This document shows positions 1-7,335 of a DNA stretch of 20,638 nucleotides, piece by piece. The DNA is taken from NCBI GenBank assembly GCA_041497895.1, contig JBGQHJ010000089.1, positions 1-20,638 on the forward strand, read 5' to 3'. Position 1 is the first letter of the stretch. Each line of letters opens with the position of its first letter. Below the pieces are notes generated by a model. The model searched no databases and was not told the DNA's origin. It saw only the letters and a program-made list of their open reading frames with translations. Made by a program: the position numbers and the translations under genes. The stretch is from Candidatus Methylomirabilia bacterium. Its GTDB lineage: Bacteria; Methylomirabilota; Methylomirabilia; Rokubacteriales; CSP1-6.

Positions 1-426
1 CCGCTGGCGCATGCCGCCCGAGAGCTGGTGCGGGTACTTGCCCTCGAACCCGGCGAGCCCGGTCATGTCGAGGTAGCGGCGCGTCCGCTCCGCGCGCGCG
101 GGCCCCGAGACGCCCAGCTCCTCGAGGCCGAACTCCACGTTGGCCCGGACGGTGCGCCACGGGAACAGCGCGAACTCCTGGAACACGGTGGCGGTGACGG
201 GCGCCCGGCCGGGGCGCGGCTCGCCCTCGAAGTAGACCCGGCCGGAGCTGGCGGGCAAGAGGCCCGCGATGATGCCGAGCAGCGTGGACTTGCCGCAGCC
301 CGAGGGACCCAGGAGGGCCACGAACTCCCGCGTCTCCACCGAGAAGTCGACCTGGTGGAGGGCGACCACGTCGCGTCCCTGCCGGTCGTGATAGGTCTTG
401 CCGAGGCGCTCGACGACGACCCGCAT
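1..426 (-). CDS. ABC transporter ATP-binding protein, NitT/TauT (SsuB/TauB-like) family; 3' end runs off the window
   Basis: Not in the ORF track; translated by hand from ATG at 426: MRVVVERLGKTYHDRQGRDVVALHQVDF...LLGPSGCGKST (Walker A)...VFQEFALFPWRTVRANV (Q-loop)...YPHQLSGGMRQR (ABC signature). Starts 1 nt after the CoA ligase stop. Confidence 0.93.
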   Translation of the reverse strand, partial: MRVVVERLGKTYHDRQGRDVVALHQVDFSVETREFVALLGPSGCGKSTLLGIIAGLLPASSGRVYFEGEPRPGRAPVTATVFQEFALFPWRTVRANVEFGLEELGVSGPARAERTRRYLDMTGLAGFEGKYPHQLSGGMRQR

Positions 427-427
427 C

Positions 428-1981
428 TCACCGCTGCCGGAGCGCGAACCGCTGGATCTTGCCGGTCGCGGTCTTGGGCAGCTCGGGCACGAAGTCGACC
501 CAGCGCGGCGACTTGTAGCCGCCCAGGCGCTTGCGCACGCCTTCCCGCAGCTCGGCGGCGAGCGCGTCGCTGCCCGCCACCCCGTCGTGGAGCACGCAGA
601 AGGCGTGCGGCTTGGTGAGGCCGTCGGCGTCGCCCCGGCCGATGACCGCCACCTCCGCGACGGCCGGGTGCTCCCCCAGCGCCGCCTCCACCTCCGCCGG
701 CGCCACCCACATACCGCCGACCTTCAGCATGTCGTCGGTGCGCCCGCAGAAGAAGAAGTAGCCGTCGGTGTCCTGGTAGAACATGTCGCCGGTGCGGAGC
801 CACTCGCCCTGCATCGTCGCCCGGGTCCGCTCGTGGCGGTTCCAGTAGCCGGGCGAGGTCGAGTCACCCTTGATCAGGAGCTGGCCCACCATTCCGGGAG
901 CCACCGGCCGCCCCTGGTCGTCCACCAGGCGAGCCTCGAAGCCGGGGATCACCTGCCCGCTCGAGCCGGCCCGTGCCGCGCCCGGCCGGTTGGCGATGAA
1001 GTCGTGGAGCGCCTCGGTCGAGCCCACCACGTCGAGCAGCTCGAGGCCGAAGCGCGCGTGCCAGGCGTGGAAGAGCGCGGCGGGCAGCACCTCGCCCGAG
1101 GAGACGCAGAGGCGGAGCGCCGAGCAGTCGAAGCGCCGCTCGGCGTCGGTCACCTGGAGCAGCCGCCGGTACACGGTGGCGACCGCGAAGAGCACGGTGG
1201 GCCGCTCGGCCTGGATCAGCTCGAGGACACGCTCGGCCTCGAACCGCTCCGGCACCAGGACCGACGCCGCGCCCACCAGCGCCGGGAAGTAGAGCGAGTT
1301 GCCCAGGCCGAACGCGAAGTGGAGCTTGGACGCGGAGAAGACGACGTCGTCGGGCCCGATGCCGAAGATCCGCCGCCCCACCAGCTCGGCCGCGTGGACC
1401 AGGTCGTGGTGGAGGTGCACCACCGCCTTCGGCCGCCCGGTCGAGCCCGAGGTGTAGAGCCAGAGCGCCACGTCGTCGCGGCTCGTCTCGGCCGGGGCCA
1501 GCTCGGGCGAGGCCCGCTCGAGCAGCCGCTCGTACTCGAGCGCCCCGCGACGGCGCCCGCCCACGACGATCGTCGCCTGGAGCGCCGGGCAGCGCGCCCG
1601 GACCTTGAGGATCTCCGCCGCCGCGGTCTCGGAGGCGATCACCGCGCGGGCCCGGCTGTCCTGGAGCACGAACGCGAGCTCGTCGGCAGGGAGTGTGTCG
1701 CTCACCGGCACCGGCACCGCGCCGATCTTCATGGCGCCCCAGAACGCCTCCGCGAACTCGGGTCGGTCCGGCAGGGCCAGGAGCACGCGCTGCTCCATCT
1801 GGACGTCGCGGGCGAGGAGCGCGTTGCCGAGCCGGTTGGCGCGCAGCGCGATCTCCGCGTAGGAGACCGCGCGCCCGCGGAAGCGGAAGGCGGTGCGGGC
1901 GCCGCGTCCCTCGGCGAGGTGGCGGTCGACGAAGTGGGTGGCGGCGTTGAAGCGCTCGGGGACGTCGATGGCCGCCGTCAT
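428..1981 (-). CDS. Benzoate-CoA ligase family aryl-CoA ligase (ANL adenylate-forming superfamily), 517 aa
   Basis: N-terminal PERFNAA..FVDRH..EGRG, AMP-binding LWLYTSGSTGRPK, FSASKLHFAFGLGN, GSTEALH, WLRTGD, GRTDDMLKVGG, LPKTATGKIQRF, all typical of BadA/BclA-like ligases. Confidence 0.92.
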   Translation of the reverse strand: MTAAIDVPERFNAATHFVDRHLAEGRGARTAFRFRGRAVSYAEIALRANRLGNALLARDVQMEQRVLLALPDRPEFAEAFWGAMKIGAVPVPVSDTLPADELAFVLQDSRARAVIASETAAAEILKVRARCPALQATIVVGGRRRGALEYERLLERASPELAPAETSRDDVALWLYTSGSTGRPKAVVHLHHDLVHAAELVGRRIFGIGPDDVVFSASKLHFAFGLGNSLYFPALVGAASVLVPERFEAERVLELIQAERPTVLFAVATVYRRLLQVTDAERRFDCSALRLCVSSGEVLPAALFHAWHARFGLELLDVVGSTEALHDFIANRPGAARAGSSGQVIPGFEARLVDDQGRPVAPGMVGQLLIKGDSTSPGYWNRHERTRATMQGEWLRTGDMFYQDTDGYFFFCGRTDDMLKVGGMWVAPAEVEAALGEHPAVAEVAVIGRGDADGLTKPHAFCVLHDGVAGSDALAAELREGVRKRLGGYKSPRWVDFVPELPKTATGKIQRFALRQR

Positions 1982-1988
1982 GCGGCCG

Positions 1989-1997
1989 ATTCTAGCA
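1989..1997 (-). promoter_or_regulatory. Extended -10 promoter (TGcTAGAAT) 7 nt before the CoA-ligase ATG; probable leaderless transcript
   Basis: Minus strand reads ...tgcTGCTAGAATcggccgcATG; no Shine-Dalgarno; the spacing puts the transcription start at or next to the ATG. Confidence 0.7.
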
Positions 1998-2003
1998 GCA
2001 CGG

Positions 2004-2402
2004 TCAGCCGAGCAGGCGCATCTCGATCTCCCGCTTCCGGGGCCCCTCGAACTCCAGCAACACGACCCGCTGGAACTCCCCGAGCGCCAGCTTGCCGTCC
2101 TGCACCGGGACGTGAACGCTCGGGCCGACCAGGGCGCTGAGGAAGTGGGCCGCGACGTGGGCCGCCGAGTCGTGCCGGTACGCGAGCTTCGGCGTCAGCG
2201 ACTGGAGGATGTCCATGATGTCCTCCGGGACGCCGGCTTCCCAGGTCATGACCGTCAGGGCCGCGGTCGTGTGCTTCAGGTACAGGTGGCAGGTTCCGCC
2301 CGGCACCCCGTCGAGCCTGCCGCCCACCTGGGCGGTGATGTCGATGACTTGCTTCGGGCTCCTAGTCTCGATCTCGATGGTCAACGGCGCGATCGTACCC
2401 AT
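2004..2402 (-). CDS. yjbQ: YjbQ/UPF0047 family protein (secondary thiamine-phosphate synthase family), 132 aa
   Basis: HTTAALT, YRHD..AHVAAHF, LVGPSVHVPV.DGKLALGEFQ.V.L.EFEGPR motifs; strong SD GGAGGAGG upstream. Confidence 0.9.
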   Translation of the reverse strand: MGTIAPLTIEIETRSPKQVIDITAQVGGRLDGVPGGTCHLYLKHTTAALTVMTWEAGVPEDIMDILQSLTPKLAYRHDSAAHVAAHFLSALVGPSVHVPVQDGKLALGEFQRVVLLEFEGPRKREIEMRLLG

Positions 2403-2426
2403 TCGCCCGTCCTCCTCCGGCCGGCC

Positions 2427-3380
2427 CTACTCGCCGGGGCTCGGCAGCACGAGTACCTCGTCCCCATGCGCGTCCGTCTCGCCGACCGGCCGCCAGCCCA
2501 GCGCCCGGTAGAAGCCGTGAGAGCGCGTCCCCGGGTCCGAGGAGGCGCCCAGCCAGATCCGCGTCGGCTTGAACGACCGCAACCAGTCCACCGCCAGCGA
2601 CAGGAGCGTCTTGCCGATGCCGCGCCCCTCGAACGCCGGCAGCACCGCCAGCACGAGCACCTCGCCGGTGGCCGACTCGCCGATGCAGAAACCCACGATG
2701 CGCGACTCCGACGCGCACACCCAGCCCCTGGTCGCCCCGGCCGCCAGATGCTGCGCCACCGAGGCGGGAGTGATGCCCATCGCGGCCAGCCGCTCTCGGG
2801 AGATCGCGTTCTCCCGGGTGGCCCCTCTGAGGTCGAAGATCTCTTCGATGTCTCTCTCTCGTAGCGCTCGAAAGGTCACCTCCGTACCGAGAGGGAGGGC
2901 CATGTGGTACTCCACGACCGCTCGACCCTCGTGCCTCAACGCGTCCGGCTCGGCTCCCCACACCTCGAAGCCCGCCCGCTCGTAGAGCCTCTGGGCCCCG
3001 GCGGCGGCGGAAGTGACGGTGAGATGCACCCACGACACACCGGGCAAGGTCCGGGCGTGCTGGAGAGCGGCCTGAAGAAGGCCGGCGCCAACTCCCTGGC
3101 CGCGGTGACCCGGCTCGACGTACATGCCCCAGACGTGAGCCTTGTGGGAGGCCTTCACGTGCCGATCGCGCATGAGGCCCACCGCGCCGATCAGCCCGTC
3201 TTGAAACGCGCCCAGGATCACCCATTCCCGCCCCTGCCGAAGCCGATCGCGTACCGCCTCCGCAGAACCGGCCATGTCATCCCCGGGAGATGCGCCAAAG
3301 GCGAGCGGCGCCTCCAGAAGCCCTTGCCTCCGGAGCGTGACATACGACTCGGCGTCGGCGTCCCGCAGCTCCCGGATCAC
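2427..3380 (-). CDS. Tandem (two-domain) GNAT family N-acetyltransferase, ~317 aa
   Basis: Two acetyl-CoA-binding motifs (MYVEPGHRGQGVG...AQRLYERAGF and LAVLPAFEGRGIG...SHGFYRALGW). Likely start is GTG at 3380 (VIRELRD) after AGGGAG; the 457-aa ORF-track call extends into the upstream gene. Confidence 0.85.
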   Translation of the reverse strand: MIRELRDADAESYVTLRRQGLLEAPLAFGASPGDDMAGSAEAVRDRLRQGREWVILGAFQDGLIGAVGLMRDRHVKASHKAHVWGMYVEPGHRGQGVGAGLLQAALQHARTLPGVSWVHLTVTSAAAGAQRLYERAGFEVWGAEPDALRHEGRAVVEYHMALPLGTEVTFRALRERDIEEIFDLRGATRENAISRERLAAMGITPASVAQHLAAGATRGWVCASESRIVGFCIGESATGEVLVLAVLPAFEGRGIGKTLLSLAVDWLRSFKPTRIWLGASSDPGTRSHGFYRALGWRPVGETDAHGDEVLVLPSPGE

Positions 3381-3394
3381 CCAGCCATGGCTCC

Positions 3395-3934
3395 CTACAG
3401 ACCCGGGCAGACCTGCCTCGCCTGCGCGAGGCTGATCTCCCGGCCGACATCGACCACCACCCCTCCGGTGGAGGGATTCACGCGCATCGTGTCGCAGAGC
3501 TTCCGTGTCTTCTCGGCCACCTGCGTCCCCTCCTCCGCGGTGAGCGGCGCGTAGTCCTTGCGGTAGGGAAACGGCCAGCCGTACCCCCACCGGTACGAGG
3601 TCGGCAGCTCCGGGCCACCCCCGACACGTACGCCGTGGTACATCGCCTCGGCGAGCGCCGAGTTCTGCGTGATGTCCAGGACGCAGGCGCGAAGCGATCG
3701 GTCCGCGCGCTCCCGCGCGTCGGCCGTCCCGCCCGGCCAGTACCCGACATCGTGGAGGTAGCAACAGCTGTAGTAGGTTCCGTCGGGGAACAGGCTGCAC
3801 CCGTCACTCTTGAAGTCGGCGAGCTTGGCGCCGGCGGGGTCGACGGCCGTGGCGCACCCGACCGCGCCCCACGAGAGCCACAGGAGACCGAGCACCGTCA
3901 CCCGGCGTCGTCGGACCCGCTCGCCGATCGTCAC
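3395..3934 (-). CDS. Putative lipoprotein with a phospholipase A2-like His-Asp motif
   Basis: Basic N-terminus, hydrophobic stretch and lipobox-like AVGC; then FKSDGCSLFPDG, CCYLHDVGYW.GG, ADRSLRACV, MYHGVRVGG, WGYGW. GTGA overlap with the DUF2277 stop. Confidence 0.75.
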   Translation of the reverse strand: MTIGERVRRRRVTVLGLLWLSWGAVGCATAVDPAGAKLADFKSDGCSLFPDGTYYSCCYLHDVGYWPGGTADARERADRSLRACVLDITQNSALAEAMYHGVRVGGGPELPTSYRWGYGWPFPYRKDYAPLTAEEGTQVAEKTRKLCDTMRVNPSTGGVVVDVGREISLAQARQVCPGL

Positions 3935-4221
3935 GAGGCCTGTCTCGTATCCCGCGCGCGAAAGCGGTCCGCTCCCCTCGCGCGGGCCTTCGACGCTTCG
4001 ACCTCACGATCGCGAGGCGGCGCGTTCGTCACGAGAGCACTGAGCAGGGCACGCGCCGCCTGCGCGACCTCGTCCACCGCCCGGGAGAAGGCGACCTCGT
4101 TCGCCTTGGACGGCCTCGAGAAGCCGCTCAACTTCCTGACGAACTGCAGCGAGGATGCCCGGATCTCTTCGTCCGTGGCCGGCGGCTTGAAGTTATGCAG
4201 GGTCTTGACGCTTCGGCACAT
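3931..4221 (-). CDS. DUF2277 family protein, 96 aa
   Basis: Characteristic MCRS.KTL.NF.PPAT.EEIRA..LQFVRKLSGF..PS.ANE.AF..AV; SD GGAGG 7 nt upstream of ATG. Confidence 0.9.
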   Translation of the reverse strand: MCRSVKTLHNFKPPATDEEIRASSLQFVRKLSGFSRPSKANEVAFSRAVDEVAQAARALLSALVTNAPPRDREVEASKARARGADRFRARDTRQAS

Positions 4222-4269
4222 GCCAGGGCCTCCATGATTGTCCGGTATCAGTCGAGCTCAAGCGTCAGC

Positions 4270-4821
4270 CTACCTGCCGGCGAAGAGATAGTAGTCCGCC
4301 GTGTAGTTGACCCGGGCCGGCGTCCCGGCGGTCGCCTGAGAGCAATCGGTCCTGGGCGCCACGCCGCCCGCGGTGTTCACCCGCTGGATGCTCGTGACCC
4401 GGCTGAACGCGCCGTCAGGGCCGACGGACTTCGCGGTGAGCAGCAGCCACGGGATGGCGCCGGCCACCGGGGCGTCGACGCGTTCCGTCACCGTTCCGAG
4501 AATCTTGCTCCCATCGACCGACTCCCAGTGCGGCCCCGCAAAGTGACGGCCGACCTTCCTTCCCCGCTCGTCGAAGAGATCGGCCTCCGGAGCCACGAAC
4601 GCCCACTCGTAGACCCCGGCTTGATCCTTCCGGGGTCGGCATTCGTAGATCTGCACCCCCCTGGCCGCAACGATCATCGCGAGCGCCTCGCCCGCGCCCG
4701 GATTGAGCTTCGCCGGCACGCCGACCGCGGACGTCGGGCGTTGCGGGCTCGCGCACGCCGCGGCGACGACGACCAGCAGGACCCCCATCAGGCCACGTGC
4801 AAACAACGTCGCGCCCTCCAT
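4270..4821 (-). CDS. DUF3455 family putative lipoprotein, ~183 aa
   Basis: Signal peptide with lipobox-like AAAC; GVQIYEC, WAFVAPEADL, GRHFAGPHWE..DGS, AIPWLLL, IQRVNTAGGVAP, YTADYY motifs. Start taken as ATG 4821 (GTG 4824 possible). Confidence 0.87.
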   Translation of the reverse strand: MEGATLFARGLMGVLLVVVAAACASPQRPTSAVGVPAKLNPGAGEALAMIVAARGVQIYECRPRKDQAGVYEWAFVAPEADLFDERGRKVGRHFAGPHWESVDGSKILGTVTERVDAPVAGAIPWLLLTAKSVGPDGAFSRVTSIQRVNTAGGVAPRTDCSQATAGTPARVNYTADYYLFAGR

Positions 4822-4865
4822 CACCGGATGACCCCACGGTCGCCTGCCCAACTATCTGGACAGAG

Positions 4866-4893
4866 AGTGTCGCGCTCGTTGGCGGGGTGTCAA
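4866..4893 (-). promoter_or_regulatory. Putative sigma70 promoter for the DUF3455 gene and downstream genes
   Basis: Minus strand TTGACA (4893-4888), 16-nt spacer, GACACT (4871-4866) in the divergent intergenic region. Confidence 0.55.
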
Positions 4894-4938
4894 GCGTGCG
4901 CGTGCCCTTACCGCGTCGCGCCGTGAGAGAACCCGCGA

Positions 4939-4967
4939 ATGCAGCCCCCGCCCCCGCAGGCTACCAT
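4939..4967 (+). promoter_or_regulatory. Possible promoter of the cydAB operon (short leader)
   Basis: ATGCAG (4939-4944), 17 nt, TACCAT (4962-4967), 11 nt before the cydA ATG; no SD evident. Confidence 0.35.
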
Positions 4968-4978
4968 GAGCATCAGCC

Positions 4979-6295
4979 ATGCCCGACCTTCTCGCCGCGC
5001 GCTCGCAGATGGCCATGTCGCTCGGCTTCCACATCCTCTTCGCGATGGTCGGCATCGCGATGCCGGTGCTCATGGTGGTGGCCGAGCGCCGCTGGCAGCG
5101 CACCGGCGACCGCATCTATCTCGATCTGGCCCATCGGTGGGCCAAGGGCACCGCCATCCTCTTCGCGGTGGGGGCCGTCTCCGGCACCGTCCTGAGCTTC
5201 GAGCTCGGGCTGCTCTGGCCCGCCTTCATGGAGCGCGCGGGCGCCGTCATCGGCATGCCTTTCTCGCTCGAGGGCTTCGCGTTCTTCACCGAGGCGGTCT
5301 TCCTCGGCGTCTACCTCTACGGCTGGGAGCGCATCTCCCCGCGCGCGCACCTGGCCGCGGGCTGCGCGGTGGCGGTGAGTGGCATGCTCTCCGGCGTCTT
5401 CGTGGTCATCGCCAACGCCTGGATGAACGCGCCCACCGGCCTCCGCTGGGTGAACGGGCGTGCCGTCGACGTCGACCCTATCGCGGCCATGATGAGCCCG
5501 GCCGCCTTCCCCCAGGTGCTCCACATGACGCTCGCGGCCTACGCGGCCACCGGCCTGGTGGTGGCGGGCATCCACGCCCTGCCCTTGCTCCGCCACCCGC
5601 GCAACGCCTTCCACCGCCGCGCCCTCTCGGTGGCGCTGCTGATCGGCGCGCCGGCGGCCCTGATTCAGCCTGTCTCCGGTGACCTGAGCGCGCGCTTCGT
5701 GGCCCACTGGCAGCCGGCCAAGCTGGCGGCCATGGAGGGACAGTTCAAGACCGAGCGCGGCGCGCCGCTCCGGGTGGGCGGCTGGCCGGACGAGGCGGCG
5801 GGCGAGACGCGCTACGCGCTCGAAATCCCACGCGGGCTGTCCCTGCTGGCCTTCAAGAACCCGGGCGCGGAGGTGAAGGGCCTCGAGGCCTTCCCGCGCC
5901 AGGACTGGCCGCCGGTCGCCATCGTGCACGTGGCCTTCCAGGTCATGGTCGGGCTCGGGTCGTTCATGGCCCTGGTGAGCGCGGCCGCGCTCTGGCTGAT
6001 GTGGCGCCGGCGCGAGTTGACACGCCATCGCTGGCTGCTGCGGGCTCTGGTGCTGGCCGCCCCCATGGGGTTCATCTGCACCGAGGCGGGGTGGGTCGTG
6101 ACCGAGGTGGGGCGGCAGCCCTGGATCATCTACGGCCTCATGCGGACGGCCGAGGCGGTCACGCCCATGCCCGCGTTGATCGTCCCCTTCCTGGTCTTCA
6201 CGAGCCTCTACGCGGTCCTCGGCGTGGGCGTGGCCTGGCTGCTCTACCAGCAGGTCCTCCGGAGCTCGCAGACGACCGAGGAGGACCCGGCGTGA
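4979..6295 (+). CDS. cydA: Cytochrome bd quinol oxidase subunit I, short Q-loop type, 438 aa
   Basis: ARSQMAMSLGFHILF (heme-ligand His), FAVGAVSGT.LSFE.GLLWP, EGFAFFTEAVF, LHM (His), QPAKLAAMEG (Q-loop Lys/Glu), FQVMVG (Met ligand), GWVVTEVGRQPW. Confidence 0.96.
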   Translation: MPDLLAARSQMAMSLGFHILFAMVGIAMPVLMVVAERRWQRTGDRIYLDLAHRWAKGTAILFAVGAVSGTVLSFELGLLWPAFMERAGAVIGMPFSLEGFAFFTEAVFLGVYLYGWERISPRAHLAAGCAVAVSGMLSGVFVVIANAWMNAPTGLRWVNGRAVDVDPIAAMMSPAAFPQVLHMTLAAYAATGLVVAGIHALPLLRHPRNAFHRRALSVALLIGAPAALIQPVSGDLSARFVAHWQPAKLAAMEGQFKTERGAPLRVGGWPDEAAGETRYALEIPRGLSLLAFKNPGAEVKGLEAFPRQDWPPVAIVHVAFQVMVGLGSFMALVSAAALWLMWRRRELTRHRWLLRALVLAAPMGFICTEAGWVVTEVGRQPWIIYGLMRTAEAVTPMPALIVPFLVFTSLYAVLGVGVAWLLYQQVLRSSQTTEEDPA

Positions 6296-7335
6296 CGGCC
6301 GGCCTGGGCCCGGCCGAGCTGGTGGCCGGCTGCGCGCTTGTGGCGCTCACCGCCTACGTGCTGCTGGGCGGGGCCGACTTCGGGGGCGGAGTCTGGGACC
6401 TCCTGGCCTCGGGACCCCGCAAGCGGCAGCAGCGGGCGCTCGTGGCGGAGGCCATCGGCCCCATATGGGAAGCCAACCACGTCTGGCTTATCATTGTGGT
6501 TGTGCTCCTGTTCACGTGCTTCCCGGCGGCCTTCGCCCGGCTCGCGGTCACGCTGCACATCCCGCTCTCGCTCATGCTGATCGGGATCGTGCTGCGCGGC
6601 TCGGCCTTCACGTTCCGCAGCCACTACGGAGCCGGCCACGGCGAGGCCCGGGGCGGCACCGCCGGCACGACCGAGCGCTGGGGCCGGGTCTTCGCCATCG
6701 CGAGCGCGGGGACGCCGGTGCTGCTGGGGCTCTGCGTGGGCGCACTGGCGGCAGGCGCGCTCCCCGTCCCCGGGCGCGCCGGCTTCCACGCCACGTTCGT
6801 GGCGCCCTGGCTCACCCCGTTCGGCCTGGGCGTGGGCACTCTCACGCTGGCGCTCTTCGCCTTCCTGGCCGCGGTCTACCTGACCGTCGAGGCCCGCGAC
6901 GACGATCTGCGCGAGGACTTCCGTCGCCGCGCTCTGGGAGCCGCCGCCGCGGTGTTCGTGGCCGCGTTCGGCACGCTCGGGCTCGCCCTGCTCGAAGCCC
7001 CGCTGATGGGCCGCGGGCTCATCACCGCCCCGTGGGCGCCGGCGCTCCACGCGGCCACCGGCGTCGCCGCGGTTACCGCGATCTGGGCGCTCTGGCGCCA
7101 CCGCTACCGCCTGGCCCGCTTGGCCGCGGCGGGCCAGGTCTCGCTGATCCTGTGGGGCTGGGCCCTGGCCCAGTATCCCTACCTGATCCCGCCCGACCTG
7201 ACCATCCGCGCGGCCGCAGCGCCGCGCATTACCCTGGTCCTCGTCCTCTGGGCGCTGGCGGCCGGGGCACTCGTGCTGTTCCCGTCGCTGATCTACCTCC
7301 TGCGCGTGTTCAAGCGAGAGCCGGGCCGGCCATGA
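6292..7335 (+). CDS. cydB: Cytochrome bd quinol oxidase subunit II, ~347 aa
   Basis: GTG start overlapping the cydA stop (GTGA) with SD GAGGAGG; YVLLGGADFGGGVW, IGPIWEANHVWL, GIVLRGSAFTFR, QYPYLIPP; many TM segments. Confidence 0.94.
   Translation: MTAGLGPAELVAGCALVALTAYVLLGGADFGGGVWDLLASGPRKRQQRALVAEAIGPIWEANHVWLIIVVVLLFTCFPAAFARLAVTLHIPLSLMLIGIVLRGSAFTFRSHYGAGHGEARGGTAGTTERWGRVFAIASAGTPVLLGLCVGALAAGALPVPGRAGFHATFVAPWLTPFGLGVGTLTLALFAFLAAVYLTVEARDDDLREDFRRRALGAAAAVFVAAFGTLGLALLEAPLMGRGLITAPWAPALHAATGVAAVTAIWALWRHRYRLARLAAAGQVSLILWGWALAQYPYLIPPDLTIRAAAAPRITLVLVLWALAAGALVLFPSLIYLLRVFKREPGRP

Noticed and set aside
398..2140. Long plus-strand ORFs opposite real genes (e.g. 398..2140, 10380..12179, 12927..13910, 18586..19626)
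   Set aside because: Antisense shadows expected at this GC content; no recognisable motifs, and each lies opposite a well-supported gene.
4234..4261. Possible promoter TTGAGC-N16-AATCAT upstream of DUF2277 (minus strand)
   Set aside because: Weak -10, and the implied start would fall on or after the GGAGG SD; not supportable.
4270..4821. Link of DUF3455 to the TCA cluster via the 'malate dehydrogenase' label given to some fungal homologs
   Set aside because: No Rossmann or dehydrogenase motif, it appears to be a lipoprotein, and a real mdh is present.
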